Of a stretch of DNA of 64,000 nucleotides, positions 47,839 through 59,513 are shown piece after piece. Both the position numbers and the translations under genes were made by a program. Source of the DNA: a virus (Duplodnaviria; Caudoviricetes); the IMG/VR virus record IMGVR_UViG_3300024270_000002; one strand, written 5' to 3'. Below the pieces are notes generated by a model. It was not told the origin of the DNA. It was given only the letters and a program-made list of their open reading frames with translations, and ran no database searches. Position 1 is the first letter of the stretch; every line of letters begins with the position of its first letter.

Positions 47839-50800
47839 ATGCTTACAAAAAATGAAATTGCCACCTTAAACTTATCTCCAACTAAAAAAGATTTTGTTCA
47901 AATATGGAATGAGCTTTTGGAAGTTGCAGGTAGGCTATCTGAACGGTGGGACCCGACAAGTACTAACGAGAGTGACCCTGGTATTGTCATATTAAAAGCA
48001 CTTGCTGGTATTGCTGATAAGTTAAATTATAATATTGATAAAAACACTCTTGAGGCTTTTATGCCAACAGCAGCACAGGAAGACTCTATGCGCAAGTTAT
48101 GTGACATGTTGGGCTATAACGTTAAATACTATAGATCTGCTGAGACTGCTGTTACCATTAGATATTATAATTCAGAACCCTCAGATGATGAAAAGTCAGC
48201 CTTAGAGATAGGCCTTGCTATTCCAAAATTTACCGCTATTACAAACGGTGATCAAGATATTAATTATTTTACTACTAATCAGACTGACGTCTATATTTCA
48301 TCAACAACCCCATCTATTACACTCAGCTGCATGGAAGGTCAGATTGTTAAATGTGAGAGTACTTCAGATAATAATGTAATTACAGCAAGTCAGATTTCTG
48401 AACGTAATAGATTTTATCTGCCAGAGGCACAAATAGCAGAAAATGGTATATTTGTGTATAACGTAGCATTTGACCAGAAGGACGGTGCCAATTGGGAAAA
48501 GGTAGATAATTTAAATATCCAGAGGCGTGGATCTCGTGTTTTTAAGTTTGGTTACGATTCCTATGAAGGACGTCCTTATATCGAATTTCCAGAAGACTAT
48601 AGTGAATTAATTAACGATGGTCTTTTTATATATTATGCTAGAACAAGCGGTGCAAACGGAAACATCTCTGCCAGAACATTATCTCAGCTCGAACCGCCAA
48701 GTTCCTGGAGTGGTATATCTGCTGAGAGCTTTAGTGTTGAGAATGCTTTTGCCGCTACTACTGGAGCCAATCTTGAAACGATTAATCAAGCTTATAACAG
48801 TTTTAAGAAAACTATCGGTACATTTGAAACGCTCGTTACATGTAGAGACTATATGAATAAAATCTATACAATGACTGCAGACGATACAGGTAAGCCTTTG
48901 GTGTCAAACGTATTAGTTACAGATATTAGAAATGACTTGAATAGGGCTATTACTATTTGCAGCTGTGATGATGCAGGCATTTTCTATAAAGATACTCCAT
49001 TGACTGCACCTGTTACAAAGACACTTAAAGTCAAAGATGGCAATGTTGTTAAAATGGTGACTGCTGAAGTAGAGGAGCCTGTAATAAATCACTTTGACCT
49101 GGTGCTATATCCGTTTAAGGCCTATAATCAGATTAGGGGCAATGTTACCGATATCCAAGAGGTTTACGATTCTTCTTTTAAGTATAATCCAAAAATGCTA
49201 ACAGACATAAAAAGTAAGCTAGATGATTATAAAACAATCGCACACACTATAAAAGAGCCGAGACTTGGTGATGTTATTAGTATAAATAACTATCTTAGAC
49301 TAAATGCGGTTATAGGTACTAATACTAAAATTACAGTAGAAGAAAGAACCTTATTAGTCGATACTATTAAAATTGCTCTTGCTAATGCTTTTAATATGCG
49401 TGAGCTTGACTTTGGTGAGGAAATTCCTTTTGATAGCATTGTAGAAGTTATTGAGAAAGCAGATGCTAGAATTAAGATAGTATCTTTAGCAGAGCCTGCC
49501 TTATACACAACATTCTCTGTATTAGACGGGTATAATGATAATACTCCAGTAGTTCGTGAGTACGCAGTAGCTTCTGATTGGCTGACCGAAGAGACTGCAG
49601 ATGCAGTTGGACGGTTTGACTATACAGACGGACACACATTTAATACACAAGAAGCAAAGAAGATTTATAATAGACTAGCAGTACGTAATGTGCTTGCCGG
49701 TAGAGTACCTTTATTTAAATATAACGATACTTTTAAAACTAGCTTTTCTGAAGGCGCATACCGTACCACTAAAAATGTTTTAGAGGATGAGATACCTGAA
49801 CAGCTACGTACGCCAACTAGCACAGAACCATTTACCATTTATACTGATAAGAATGATACTTACACCGGTCAGTTGGTTTCACAAGTAGAAAAACCTGTGA
49901 ATTTTCCTGACGATGTTTCTAAGTGGTATGATGATACTGAAAAGGTTTATTATGTTAAACAACCAGGTATTGATCAGCCTGTATACTCTAAGCTCGTTTA
50001 TACGAAAACATCTGTTCCAAAAAACTATATTAATAATATAATAGCTAAGACAGACGACGGTAACAATATTACTGAAATTGTAACAAGCTGTGTGATAAAT
50101 TCCGATAAAGATGCTGCAGGAGAACCTACATATGAAATCTCAGACGTAACGCTAGCTGCAGGTGAAACAGTAAAATTTAGGGCTCCTAATTTTACTACTG
50201 ATAGAACATACCCTGCCTATGTTAACTATCATCTTAAATTGAAAACTGCAACCGCGCGTGTGGCGGAGGCTGCGAAGGCATACACATTATCCAGTTTGCT
50301 GAACTCTCAGGTCGATGGTCGCGGATTGACCCCAGACGAAAGGCGACAGAGAGCGCTTAATTACTTTGCAGCAGCAGGCCATAAGCATACTTTTACACTT
50401 ACGCAAAAAGTACTGAAGAAAACTTCAGATAGTATCGATAAAGAAGATGAGTTTACATTAATAAAAATTGAAAATGACTCAAGTATAATAACTAAAGAAA
50501 AACCAGAAGATATCTTAATTAAGAGTGGTTTTGTAAAACTTACTAACACAAAGCCAACTCTTGCCTGGATAGATGGGCCTAAGAACTCTAAGCCAGATTT
50601 GGATATACCTAAACTAGATTTAGGTGACTCTTTGTTTATTGTAAACGCTGGAGTGTTTACTAATATTAAAACGGAAGTAGACGAGTATATAACTTATTTA
50701 AATACAAATTACCCTAATAAGCTTCCAACAGAGTATGACTGGACGATTTCTTATACTTTTGAATATGTACCATTTGAGGAGGCAACACTATCAGAGTGGA

Positions 50801-53800
50801 AAAATTTTATCATTTCTAATGGTAGACTGCTCTTTGGCTTCTATCCAGTAGTAGAAAGCGAAACGGTGCTGTGGCACGCAACAGCTGGTGGATATAACTT
50901 AGGTAAAAATGTACTTTCAAATACGGCTAAGTTATTAGCATTCACGCGGGGCGATTTCGGATTCCTAGACTCTTTTACAACTCGCTTATTAGGTGTGTAT
51001 GTAGCAGAAGACCTTGGAAGCGATCAAAAAGCTACTAGTATCGCCAATGACGAAGAGTATATGCTACGTAGTGGCGAAAAGCTATTTATCGAGTATACTC
51101 CTTCAACTACTACGGAAGATGGTGCTAGCCAAGACCAAGCCGTAGTCACAGAAGTTTTTGGAGAAGGGACCATAATTAAGCCGAGTGGGTTTGAAAGTAA
51201 TTTAATAGACTCTTCTGTTTATCAACAGGACCACACTCCTCCTAAAAAGGTCAGCTTTACTGATAGTGATAAAGACATACCATTATTCAGCTTGGGGGCA
51301 AGCGAGCAAATAGAAATTCGTGAGCTTGCTAAAGTAACCTTGAATAGAGAAAATCTTCCTAATACACCACAGATTTATGTTTATAAAAACTTTAATAACT
51401 GCCCAGAATTAGAAAAGCTTTCTACAGACGGTAGTAGTTATTCAGGCGGAAAGCGTATAAATAGTTCTTACACTTTAAAAGACGGTGAGTACATTTTTTA
51501 TACTGACCAAAACATGACAGAGTTTGCTTATTTTACTTCCGGCACTGAAGTTACCCTTTATGGTTCTACAGTTCTACCACAGTTTGATATCATAGACCTT
51601 GCGACTATTTTTGACAACGGTATTCAAGAGATTCCTTGGAAATTAATACCGTTAGTAAATGATAATGGTATTAATTTCCAAGAGTATCAGTATGTTACTT
51701 TGGGTGAAGGCGATACCCTTAATCGCATATTTTTAGCAGGTTTACGTCCATTAAATGAGTCATGGCAAATGTGTGATAAAGTAGAATATACTATGGCTGG
51801 AGCGAAGAAAGACGCGCTACCTAAGATTAATATATTTGATGCTACTAACAGCGGAAATGGCTGGGAAGCATGTAGCGCACTTGAATTAAAGGTATCTCAG
51901 GATACTGCACAGACGTTACGTAAAACGGATAAAATAGAAACTAAGATTGTTCTTAAAGATAGTAATAATGAAACGTTTATGACGCTAGAAGCTGAGAAGG
52001 AACATCCGGTATCTTTCAAGACAAATCTTCCGTGTCAAACAAGTAGTGGTAAGTTAAACATTTCAGACCTATACACAAACCCAAATAAGCTGAAAAGCTT
52101 TGAACTGAAGGTTTTTGCAGAAGAGACGCCTGCTATAATAAAAACAAAAACTGGTACACTGATACCTTACCAAGATGATACTGCCAAAGACTTAGTAGAT
52201 GTTGCAAATTGGCCAGTTGACCAAACGCTTTCTGTCAATGACTTTGGTACTTTGTGGAAGCCCGTGGCATTATCAAGTCTTACTTTTGCCGAAGATGACC
52301 CTTATACTAATGCCTTAAGGCTATCAGTTAGTACAATACCAAATACTTATGGCATTTTTAGTATTTATCTAGACTACAGAAAAACAGAGCCCTTATATGC
52401 TCAGACCTGGATAGAGCTTCTTCCTGGAGTAGACACGCAAAATGTTGAGCTATTCAATAGTACAGTTAAATGGGAAGATAATAAGCTAATGTTACATTCT
52501 GGTATTAACTGTATTCGTGTTAATAAAACAAGTGATCTCTTTATTAAGACAAAAGCTACTGACGGTGCATTGTATTTTGACAGCATTAGACTTGTAGACT
52601 GCCGTCCTGTTGAGTATATAGAAAATGGTAATAAGGTAGCTAAAGTCACACAGGGACTGAATCTATCTCAAATAGGCTATTTAGATACTTCCGACGATAG
52701 TACTTTTAGTGTGTTTGACAGTCGTATTCGTAAAAAACTGCGTGATGAGCTTACGAATTCCGCCCTTGATAGTTTAGAAGAAAGGGCTAACGAAGAGTCT
52801 GCTATCTTTGCAAGTACTTGGGATGAGTTACTCGTGTCTAAGACGGCTATGCAAGATCTAGTAGACTGTATAACTAGCGCTATCACCGAGATTGAGTTAC
52901 TTAATACATCTAACGGTACAGATACACCTTCCGAAAAAGAAGAAGAGCTCATAGCCATCTTTGATAAATATAAGCAGATTTCGGAAAAACTAGATAAAGA
53001 GAAAAACCTAAAAACTGCTTTAGATAATAATAGTACTGTTGATGAGCTTGAGCGTCAACTAGCAGACCTTGCTAGCAGTCTTACAAATACTGAAACAGAG
53101 CGCCAAGACTTGCTGACCAAATTGGAGCTTGTAAAAGCGGGCGCAGAAACTAACGCTAATAATTTTTCTAAGGATACTTTGCGTAATGGCGATATTTTAG
53201 ACGATTTTGTGAATGCCGCTGATATTGTATTGCAGCCAAGCCTAGTAGACGATATTAAATTTGCTAGTATGCGTAAAATAAATACTCGTTATGGAGAGCA
53301 GCTAGACAGTCTGGCGGCTGATATCGAAAATGTTTTAAAATCAGAAGAAGCTTTAAATAATTCGTTAAGTTATTTACACGCGACAAAACATACCGTGTTA
53401 TTAGAACAAGTCGAGGCACTGATAAGCACGTATGAGGCATCTTTGAGCTCGTCTATTAAAGACGTACAGGATCTTGCTATAGGAACAGACAAAGAGGGTG
53501 TTATTGTAGTAGACTATACTGCCTTAGAGTCTGCATTAAATAGCTTAAAAGAGCATATAAGTACTACTGGTATTAGTCTACTAATTGCTAGAATTGAGTC
53601 TACTGCAGACAGTAGTTTATATACTGAGCTTGCTGAAACGATAGATGCTTTAAAACTTTTACTTGAGGCGCAAGGAACAAATAGTAATATTATAACAGCT
53701 ATCGATTCTGTAATTACTCTTGTACAAAATAAAAACAATAGCAAGCCAGATGAGACCATAAAAGGTAATTTGGAGTCTATTAAAGGTGATATTTCTAATT

Positions 53801-55530
53801 ATTATACTGCAAAATTACAAATTGCTTTGGACAGTATAGATAATATACTTTCCTCATTAGAGGATACTTATAAGGGAGCTAAAGACTATCTTGACAATCA
53901 AGAGGATGCGCAGATCAAGCTTATTTTAAGCAGACTTGAGAATATTTCTAACACTGCTACTGCCTGCTTAGACTTGGTGAAGACCTTTGGTGCCGCATCT
54001 GATTTTAACATTACGACTGATTATGCGTGTTTACCGTTTGGAGAAGATGCCGTCTTGACGACTTGGCCGGTATACATGCGACAGGCGCTAATATCTGGAA
54101 TTGGGTTACTTTATGAATATACTCGAAATGCGGCAAATAGCCGACAAATAGATTTTGAAGCAGCTATTAATGCGTTAGAAAACCGAGCAGTTCTTGCACA
54201 AGCTGCCGACCTTAAAGCTTTTAATACACTATTTAATACTGCAAAAACTTTAGCAGCTCGTATTAGCCAGAATCATTATTATGAACTAGCTATTGCTGAT
54301 CTTGCAAATCTAATCGTACCATCAAGCGAACTAAAAGAGTTACTTGATGCCGAGAACGACTACGTATTAATGCATCTCATCTCCGAGTTTAAAGATACTG
54401 CAAATGTTGCAGAGCAGCAACGATTAATTACAGAACTTAAGAGTGAGCTCGATAATGTAATTAAGCTAGATACGAAGTTAGCTGAAATAAGCGCAAAATT
54501 ATTATGCCCTAGTATATTGCTTGCGGATAGCAATAAAAAATTATCTGAAAATAGTGTGTTCTTTGAAAGATTCTTGAATTACGCTGTTGGCAAAAAGAAG
54601 ACACTTTTAACGTTGTCTAGTAACTTTACCATGGAGCTGAATTCACTGACAGCTGAACTTGAAGAAGCTCTTGCGACAACTGGTTCTCTGCTTAATGCAA
54701 TAAAAGCTGGGGATATAGCTCAGTTTGACGTTAACAAGTGGGAAAATATTACTACTACAGATGAATCGTCAACTCTACTGTCAGAGTATTATTTAGAAAA
54801 GCTAACTAAGCTTAAAGGCACTTTAGATATTCAAGAGCTAATAACTAAAATAAAAAATAGTAAGCTCTTTGATTTCTTGAAAAAAAATTTTGTTATTGCT
54901 TGGCAAATTTGTGAGATTTATGATGAGAAGGTGGACGGCAAGTTAGTTGAGAATACTAGAGAAGTTTGGATAGACGGAGCCGGGGAGTATATAATCCAGA
55001 ATACTGGCAGTAGCTGGCAAACAGTAAATGGCGATATTGTAGAGCTAAGACATTACGCTGATGGTAGATGGACAGATTGCCGCAATGAACAAGAGGTAGA
55101 GCTTATCGTTAAATCTGGTGATAGCTGGCTAATCGAAGGTAAAGAGGCCTTCTCTGTGACTGATGAAAAGCTAAGTTTGTTGCTAACCGGTACTGACGAC
55201 AAACCAGGTCTACTTGAACAGGTAGCGAGCTTGTGCAATAATAGTATTACAAAGTCATTTAAAGATGCTTATAGCATAATAATACTAGAGGAACAGCTTT
55301 TAGAGGAACTTAGCGACCTCGATAAGAATGGAGATTTTTATTACAGCGTTCCTGTGGAGTCTAACTTTGCTATAGACTTTAATAAAGGTGATTCTACCGC
55401 AAATACTTTAATGAACCCTACTGTCAATTATGATATCAATAATGTAAATAATAATTTTGTTATTTCAAAAATAGATATTGATTACTTGACAAAAGGACTT
55501 CAAATTGCACATTCATCTAGGCTAAATTAA
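47839..55530 (+). CDS. Very large baseplate wedge protein (gp6/J-like N-terminus, long helical C-terminal region)
   Basis: ESDPGIVILKALA...E.F..TA......LGY; LVT..DY. Confidence 0.8.
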   Translation: MLTKNEIATLNLSPTKKDFVQIWNELLEVAGRLSERWDPTSTNESDPGIVILKALAGIADKLNYNIDKNTLEAFMPTAAQEDSMRKLCDMLGYNVKYYRSAETAVTIRYYNSEPSDDEKSALEIGLAIPKFTAITNGDQDINYFTTNQTDVYISSTTPSITLSCMEGQIVKCESTSDNNVITASQISERNRFYLPEAQIAENGIFVYNVAFDQKDGANWEKVDNLNIQRRGSRVFKFGYDSYEGRPYIEFPEDYSELINDGLFIYYARTSGANGNISARTLSQLEPPSSWSGISAESFSVENAFAATTGANLETINQAYNSFKKTIGTFETLVTCRDYMNKIYTMTADDTGKPLVSNVLVTDIRNDLNRAITICSCDDAGIFYKDTPLTAPVTKTLKVKDGNVVKMVTAEVEEPVINHFDLVLYPFKAYNQIRGNVTDIQEVYDSSFKYNPKMLTDIKSKLDDYKTIAHTIKEPRLGDVISINNYLRLNAVIGTNTKITVEERTLLVDTIKIALANAFNMRELDFGEEIPFDSIVEVIEKADARIKIVSLAEPALYTTFSVLDGYNDNTPVVREYAVASDWLTEETADAVGRFDYTDGHTFNTQEAKKIYNRLAVRNVLAGRVPLFKYNDTFKTSFSEGAYRTTKNVLEDEIPEQLRTPTSTEPFTIYTDKNDTYTGQLVSQVEKPVNFPDDVSKWYDDTEKVYYVKQPGIDQPVYSKLVYTKTSVPKNYINNIIAKTDDGNNITEIVTSCVINSDKDAAGEPTYEISDVTLAAGETVKFRAPNFTTDRTYPAYVNYHLKLKTATARVAEAAKAYTLSSLLNSQVDGRGLTPDERRQRALNYFAAAGHKHTFTLTQKVLKKTSDSIDKEDEFTLIKIENDSSIITKEKPEDILIKSGFVKLTNTKPTLAWIDGPKNSKPDLDIPKLDLGDSLFIVNAGVFTNIKTEVDEYITYLNTNYPNKLPTEYDWTISYTFEYVPFEEATLSEWKNFIISNGRLLFGFYPVVESETVLWHATAGGYNLGKNVLSNTAKLLAFTRGDFGFLDSFTTRLLGVYVAEDLGSDQKATSIANDEEYMLRSGEKLFIEYTPSTTTEDGASQDQAVVTEVFGEGTIIKPSGFESNLIDSSVYQQDHTPPKKVSFTDSDKDIPLFSLGASEQIEIRELAKVTLNRENLPNTPQIYVYKNFNNCPELEKLSTDGSSYSGGKRINSSYTLKDGEYIFYTDQNMTEFAYFTSGTEVTLYGSTVLPQFDIIDLATIFDNGIQEIPWKLIPLVNDNGINFQEYQYVTLGEGDTLNRIFLAGLRPLNESWQMCDKVEYTMAGAKKDALPKINIFDATNSGNGWEACSALELKVSQDTAQTLRKTDKIETKIVLKDSNNETFMTLEAEKEHPVSFKTNLPCQTSSGKLNISDLYTNPNKLKSFELKVFAEETPAIIKTKTGTLIPYQDDTAKDLVDVANWPVDQTLSVNDFGTLWKPVALSSLTFAEDDPYTNALRLSVSTIPNTYGIFSIYLDYRKTEPLYAQTWIELLPGVDTQNVELFNSTVKWEDNKLMLHSGINCIRVNKTSDLFIKTKATDGALYFDSIRLVDCRPVEYIENGNKVAKVTQGLNLSQIGYLDTSDDSTFSVFDSRIRKKLRDELTNSALDSLEERANEESAIFASTWDELLVSKTAMQDLVDCITSAITEIELLNTSNGTDTPSEKEEELIAIFDKYKQISEKLDKEKNLKTALDNNSTVDELERQLADLASSLTNTETERQDLLTKLELVKAGAETNANNFSKDTLRNGDILDDFVNAADIVLQPSLVDDIKFASMRKINTRYGEQLDSLAADIENVLKSEEALNNSLSYLHATKHTVLLEQVEALISTYEASLSSSIKDVQDLAIGTDKEGVIVVDYTALESALNSLKEHISTTGISLLIARIESTADSSLYTELAETIDALKLLLEAQGTNSNIITAIDSVITLVQNKNNSKPDETIKGNLESIKGDISNYYTAKLQIALDSIDNILSSLEDTYKGAKDYLDNQEDAQIKLILSRLENISNTATACLDLVKTFGAASDFNITTDYACLPFGEDAVLTTWPVYMRQALISGIGLLYEYTRNAANSRQIDFEAAINALENRAVLAQAADLKAFNTLFNTAKTLAARISQNHYYELAIADLANLIVPSSELKELLDAENDYVLMHLISEFKDTANVAEQQRLITELKSELDNVIKLDTKLAEISAKLLCPSILLADSNKKLSENSVFFERFLNYAVGKKKTLLTLSSNFTMELNSLTAELEEALATTGSLLNAIKAGDIAQFDVNKWENITTTDESSTLLSEYYLEKLTKLKGTLDIQELITKIKNSKLFDFLKKNFVIAWQICEIYDEKVDGKLVENTREVWIDGAGEYIIQNTGSSWQTVNGDIVELRHYADGRWTDCRNEQEVELIVKSGDSWLIEGKEAFSVTDEKLSLLLTGTDDKPGLLEQVASLCNNSITKSFKDAYSIIILEEQLLEELSDLDKNGDFYYSVPVESNFAIDFNKGDSTANTLMNPTVNYDINNVNNNFVISKIDIDYLTKGLQIAHSSRLN

Positions 55531-55543
55531 GGAGGACTTCGTA

Positions 55544-56356
55544 ATGATTAAATTTAAAGACCAAGTACCTTCTGTCTACTCTAGCGCATCAAGAGATTTC
55601 CAATATTTAGGGTGGCTAATAGACATTGTGCTTAACTCGGTTAAGCACAATGTCGATGACCTATATAATTTACCGAATAGTACTGCAGACACTAGACTGA
55701 CGGAACTATTAGCAATGACATTAGGCTTTAAAGTAAAACGCAATTATGACCAAGATCAATTAAGAGCTTTGGTTGCTATTATTCCTAGAATTCTTAAATA
55801 TAAAGGAACAAGGACTGCGGTTGAGATGGCGGGCAGAGCATTGGTAGCTGCATCTGGAACAACTCGGGGAGAGTTTTCTATTGATGAAGATAGAACTAAG
55901 GATGGTGAGCTTACCGTTATCTTACCTGCTGAGCTAGTAGATATTTCTCTGTTCATGGATCTGCTTAATTATATTTTACCTGCTGGCATGACTTGCCATA
56001 TTATTAGAGAAAATAAAATAAGTAAAGATGCTGTTACTCATCTAGTATACAACGAAGACCTATTGGCTGAGTGGATTCCAGATCTTGACTGGACGGAAAC
56101 AAAAAGTGAGCAAAGTGAGCAAACTGAGCAAACATTTCCTGGTTTGGCTAATATGTTTGATGTACCTGGTATTGACCCTGTTCTTTCTAACTATGTAGAT
56201 TATAATAAAGACTTGCCGAATGTTGGTTTGTTAAATAACAGCGTAATACCGGTGATTTCTGATACTATGTTGCATACAACAGCAGAAAGTACGCCTAAAA
56301 AAGATCCAACAACATTGTATGAACTAGCTGACGATGCTGGAGCCATGGAGGATTAA
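55544..56356 (+). CDS. Baseplate/tail protein (P2 gpI-like)
   Basis: LLAMTLGF...ILKYKGT..AV...ILPAG. Confidence 0.7.
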   Translation: MIKFKDQVPSVYSSASRDFQYLGWLIDIVLNSVKHNVDDLYNLPNSTADTRLTELLAMTLGFKVKRNYDQDQLRALVAIIPRILKYKGTRTAVEMAGRALVAASGTTRGEFSIDEDRTKDGELTVILPAELVDISLFMDLLNYILPAGMTCHIIRENKISKDAVTHLVYNEDLLAEWIPDLDWTETKSEQSEQTEQTFPGLANMFDVPGIDPVLSNYVDYNKDLPNVGLLNNSVIPVISDTMLHTTAESTPKKDPTTLYELADDAGAMED

Positions 56357-56358
56357 TT

Positions 56359-56901
56359 ATGAAGAATAAAGCAATAAATACACTTAAATATACTGGGATA
56401 GTCACGCTATCCCAGTATATTGGAAAAAAGAAAGTTAAAATCGCTCAATTTAACAATACTGGCGGAGCATCTTTATTTGACTTCTTGGCAGACTGTCTTA
56501 TAGGTGAAGAGCTAGAGACAGTCCGAATGAAAAGACCGAGAAAAATTATGTTGCTACATCGTATACCGCTTGGAGATAGACCTGAAGACGGGTATAGATA
56601 TGAACCAGCTTCTGGGTTTATTTTTCTGCTAGAGCAACCAAAGAAGATTCAAAGTTCTGTACAAAGTAGAGTACAATATAGCTTTTTAATACATCGAGAT
56701 ATGCTTGAGGCTATAACTGACTTTAGCACTCTGGGGTTGGGATTATACGCCAATAGTGCAACCGACATAGATGTAGAGAACTTTACTGCTTTTTGTATGC
56801 TAAAGTTTTCTAGAAATGCTATAGCTAGTTCTTCTTTAGTTGTAGACTGGGATTTGATTATTAATAACAGTGGAACAAATCCGTCTATTAAAAGTATATA
56901 A
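56359..56901 (+). CDS. Putative tail structural protein
   Basis: Position in tail module. Confidence 0.55.
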   Translation: MKNKAINTLKYTGIVTLSQYIGKKKVKIAQFNNTGGASLFDFLADCLIGEELETVRMKRPRKIMLLHRIPLGDRPEDGYRYEPASGFIFLLEQPKKIQSSVQSRVQYSFLIHRDMLEAITDFSTLGLGLYANSATDIDVENFTAFCMLKFSRNAIASSSLVVDWDLIINNSGTNPSIKSI

Positions 56902-56927
56902 ATAAATAGATTACAAGGAGAGCTTTT

Positions 56928-58628
56928 ATGTTTATTGAAACGCATGACGAAAACATAACAAATGGTGATGTATCAGTACCCTTAGCCTTTATAAAAAGTA
57001 CTAACGTTCAGGCCTATCCTTGCGGGCGCAGACGCAGTGAATTAGCTGCAGGTGGCAGTACCAGAATTCCTTTTGACCCAGAAGCACGTTTAAACACTGA
57101 GGCCAATAATAGAAAACATTCCGGAGTAAACGGTTATAAGCAAACATACCTAAAGAGCTGGGATGATGGATTACTGGCAATTTCACTCGCTGGCTATTTG
57201 TTTAACATTACACTGCCGGATGGTTATTCTGCAGTTGGTGAGTTTGGAGCACAGTTGACAACTGCGTTGACAACACAGTTGTCAAGTAAAGTAGGTACAG
57301 ACGCTAGTAAGCTTTATGCTAATATCTTAATAGAAGATGCTCATTTATTTTCAGGCTTCCAGGAATACTTTACCGGTGTTTTACGTAACCAGTCTGGTAA
57401 TCCAGATAACGAACCTGAGGATGCACTTGACCTGCTGTCCAGTACTGTAGCTGCAGATGCCACTGATAAAGATAAAAAAGATAAATATTATTTTTCTGGA
57501 TTATCTTTTTCAACAACACCTCTAACTGTATTAGCTGGTGACGAAGAAGATACTCGGACTATTTATGAAAAAGTTAGATACTTTGATAGAGACAATAAAC
57601 AAGAAACTAGGGATGTTAAGCAAACTTTTGTTTCTTTATGTATCTTAGAGAAATCAGAAGATAGTAACACTTGGAAAATCCACGAGCCTGCTAGACTACC
57701 TCTCATTGAGCACGATACCCTTGAAGATTCTATTGTCGTCGGTGAAACCAGAGTACGCCATAACCTTAGAGTAGAAAAAGACGCTACTATATATAATAAG
57801 ACTAATACTGCTGACTTAGAAGTTACTGATGAAGCCGCAGTAAGAACTACTCTTAGCGTACAAAATAATTCTAATAATGCTCAGGCGAACATAGATAGAG
57901 CCGATATCGAGTATGCAGATATAGCAGATACTTATATAGACATCGCACGAATAGACAATGCTACTATAGACAGTCTTACAGTTCCTTATACTACCGGAGG
58001 TGCTACCTCTATTACAGAGGATGGAATTGACACACAATATATTGACGCGATTAAGGCTGATGTTGCTGTTCTTAAAGTACAGGGCGAGGGTAGCAGCGCT
58101 ACAATAGACACCGCTACCATTACCACTGAACTACACGTAGAGAATGAGAATAGTAACGCCAAAGCCTATATAGACAGTGCTGACCTGGTGTATGCCGACA
58201 TAGAAGATGCAGACATAGACGAAGCAGATATTACTACTCTTAGAGTGCAGGGTGACGGAAGCAGTGCTACGATAGATGTTGCACTTGTAACAAACACATT
58301 AACTGCACATAATGATGAAAGAACTGCATTGGTAGAAACTGATAAAATACAAATTCCTTATGGTACTAGTGCAGGCACATACACAGATATTACTAATACT
58401 GGCCTCTCTTCTCCCTTTGCTAGGATTGCAAAGATAGAAACTACCCCTGATGGAGGCGTTACGCTACAAGGCAATAATGTTACTGCAAAAGGTGAAGTAA
58501 AGGCGTCAGATTTCTATCAAACAGTAGGTAATGCTTATATGAAAGTTCCTGTTATTGAACTTAAGGACTTAGGTACTGGTTATTATCAGCTGCAGATTTC
58601 TCGAGTAGGTCAGAAAGAATCAACTTAA
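56928..58628 (+). CDS. Tail fibre/spike-like protein with beta-helical A.I..A.I repeats
   Basis: Repetitive ADID/ATID pentads; internal duplication LKVQGEGSSATID/LRVQGDGSSATID. Confidence 0.55.
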   Translation: MFIETHDENITNGDVSVPLAFIKSTNVQAYPCGRRRSELAAGGSTRIPFDPEARLNTEANNRKHSGVNGYKQTYLKSWDDGLLAISLAGYLFNITLPDGYSAVGEFGAQLTTALTTQLSSKVGTDASKLYANILIEDAHLFSGFQEYFTGVLRNQSGNPDNEPEDALDLLSSTVAADATDKDKKDKYYFSGLSFSTTPLTVLAGDEEDTRTIYEKVRYFDRDNKQETRDVKQTFVSLCILEKSEDSNTWKIHEPARLPLIEHDTLEDSIVVGETRVRHNLRVEKDATIYNKTNTADLEVTDEAAVRTTLSVQNNSNNAQANIDRADIEYADIADTYIDIARIDNATIDSLTVPYTTGGATSITEDGIDTQYIDAIKADVAVLKVQGEGSSATIDTATITTELHVENENSNAKAYIDSADLVYADIEDADIDEADITTLRVQGDGSSATIDVALVTNTLTAHNDERTALVETDKIQIPYGTSAGTYTDITNTGLSSPFARIAKIETTPDGGVTLQGNNVTAKGEVKASDFYQTVGNAYMKVPVIELKDLGTGYYQLQISRVGQKEST

Positions 58629-58718
58629 TAAATTACTAATTTAATAAAAGGCTACAGATTATTAGCTAAATTAAATGATAAAATTATGTTTAAATTTAGT
58701 CAAAGGAGCCTTATTTAC

Positions 58719-59399
58719 ATGCCTGGCTGGTTAATAACTGTGTTGAGCGCGACCGGATCTGTCGTACTCACCCTAACTGTCACATTACTTTTTAATAAAT
58801 TGGTTGCACTACCGAAAGAGATTAAAAAGCAGAGGGCTGCAGAAGCAGCGGCTCACGCAGCAAGAGAAGCAGCTCTACAGTCAGAAATAGACACTATTAG
58901 ACAAGAGGCCAAAGAAAAGGAAGAAAAACATCGTAAAGATGACCAAGTAAGAGACGCTAGAATCGCAGCACTTCAAGCTGCTGTAGATGCCTTACCTTCA
59001 TATCGTGCACAGAGTCTTCAAATTCAAACACAACTACAAACAACAGATAGAGAAATTCTCAGTGCTTGTGAAGCAATTCAAAGAGGCGTAGCTGATAACC
59101 AACACGTTCTAAATGAACGTCTTGACCGTTTAGAGAAACGTGAGAAGAATGCACTCAGACAAAAGATTTTACAGGAACATCGCTTATTTACAGATGAGTC
59201 TATGAATCCCATGAGAGCTTGGACAGAGATGGAACATCACTCCTTCTTCGAATTAGTAAAAGACTACGAAGATCTCGGCGGCAACGATTATGTGCATAGT
59301 GATGTTCTTCCTGATATGAATAGGCTTCGAGTTATCCCTATGTCGGATAGAACCACTTTGTATGAATTAATGCACAGTAGAAGAATTAACGCACAGTAA
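58719..59399 (+). CDS. Single-TM coiled-coil protein (holin-associated type)
   Basis: N-terminal TM; C-terminal Y..LGGN motif. Confidence 0.5.
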   Translation: MPGWLITVLSATGSVVLTLTVTLLFNKLVALPKEIKKQRAAEAAAHAAREAALQSEIDTIRQEAKEKEEKHRKDDQVRDARIAALQAAVDALPSYRAQSLQIQTQLQTTDREILSACEAIQRGVADNQHVLNERLDRLEKREKNALRQKILQEHRLFTDESMNPMRAWTEMEHHSFFELVKDYEDLGGNDYVHSDVLPDMNRLRVIPMSDRTTLYELMHSRRINAQ

Positions 59400-59513
59400 A
59401 AATTATACTAAATAAATTAATAAGGTCTGTCAATAGATGGGCCTTATTTTTTTCTTAAATTTTGAAAAGAGATATTGTATAATATAAAGTAAGATAATAC
59501 AAGGAGTAAAATA

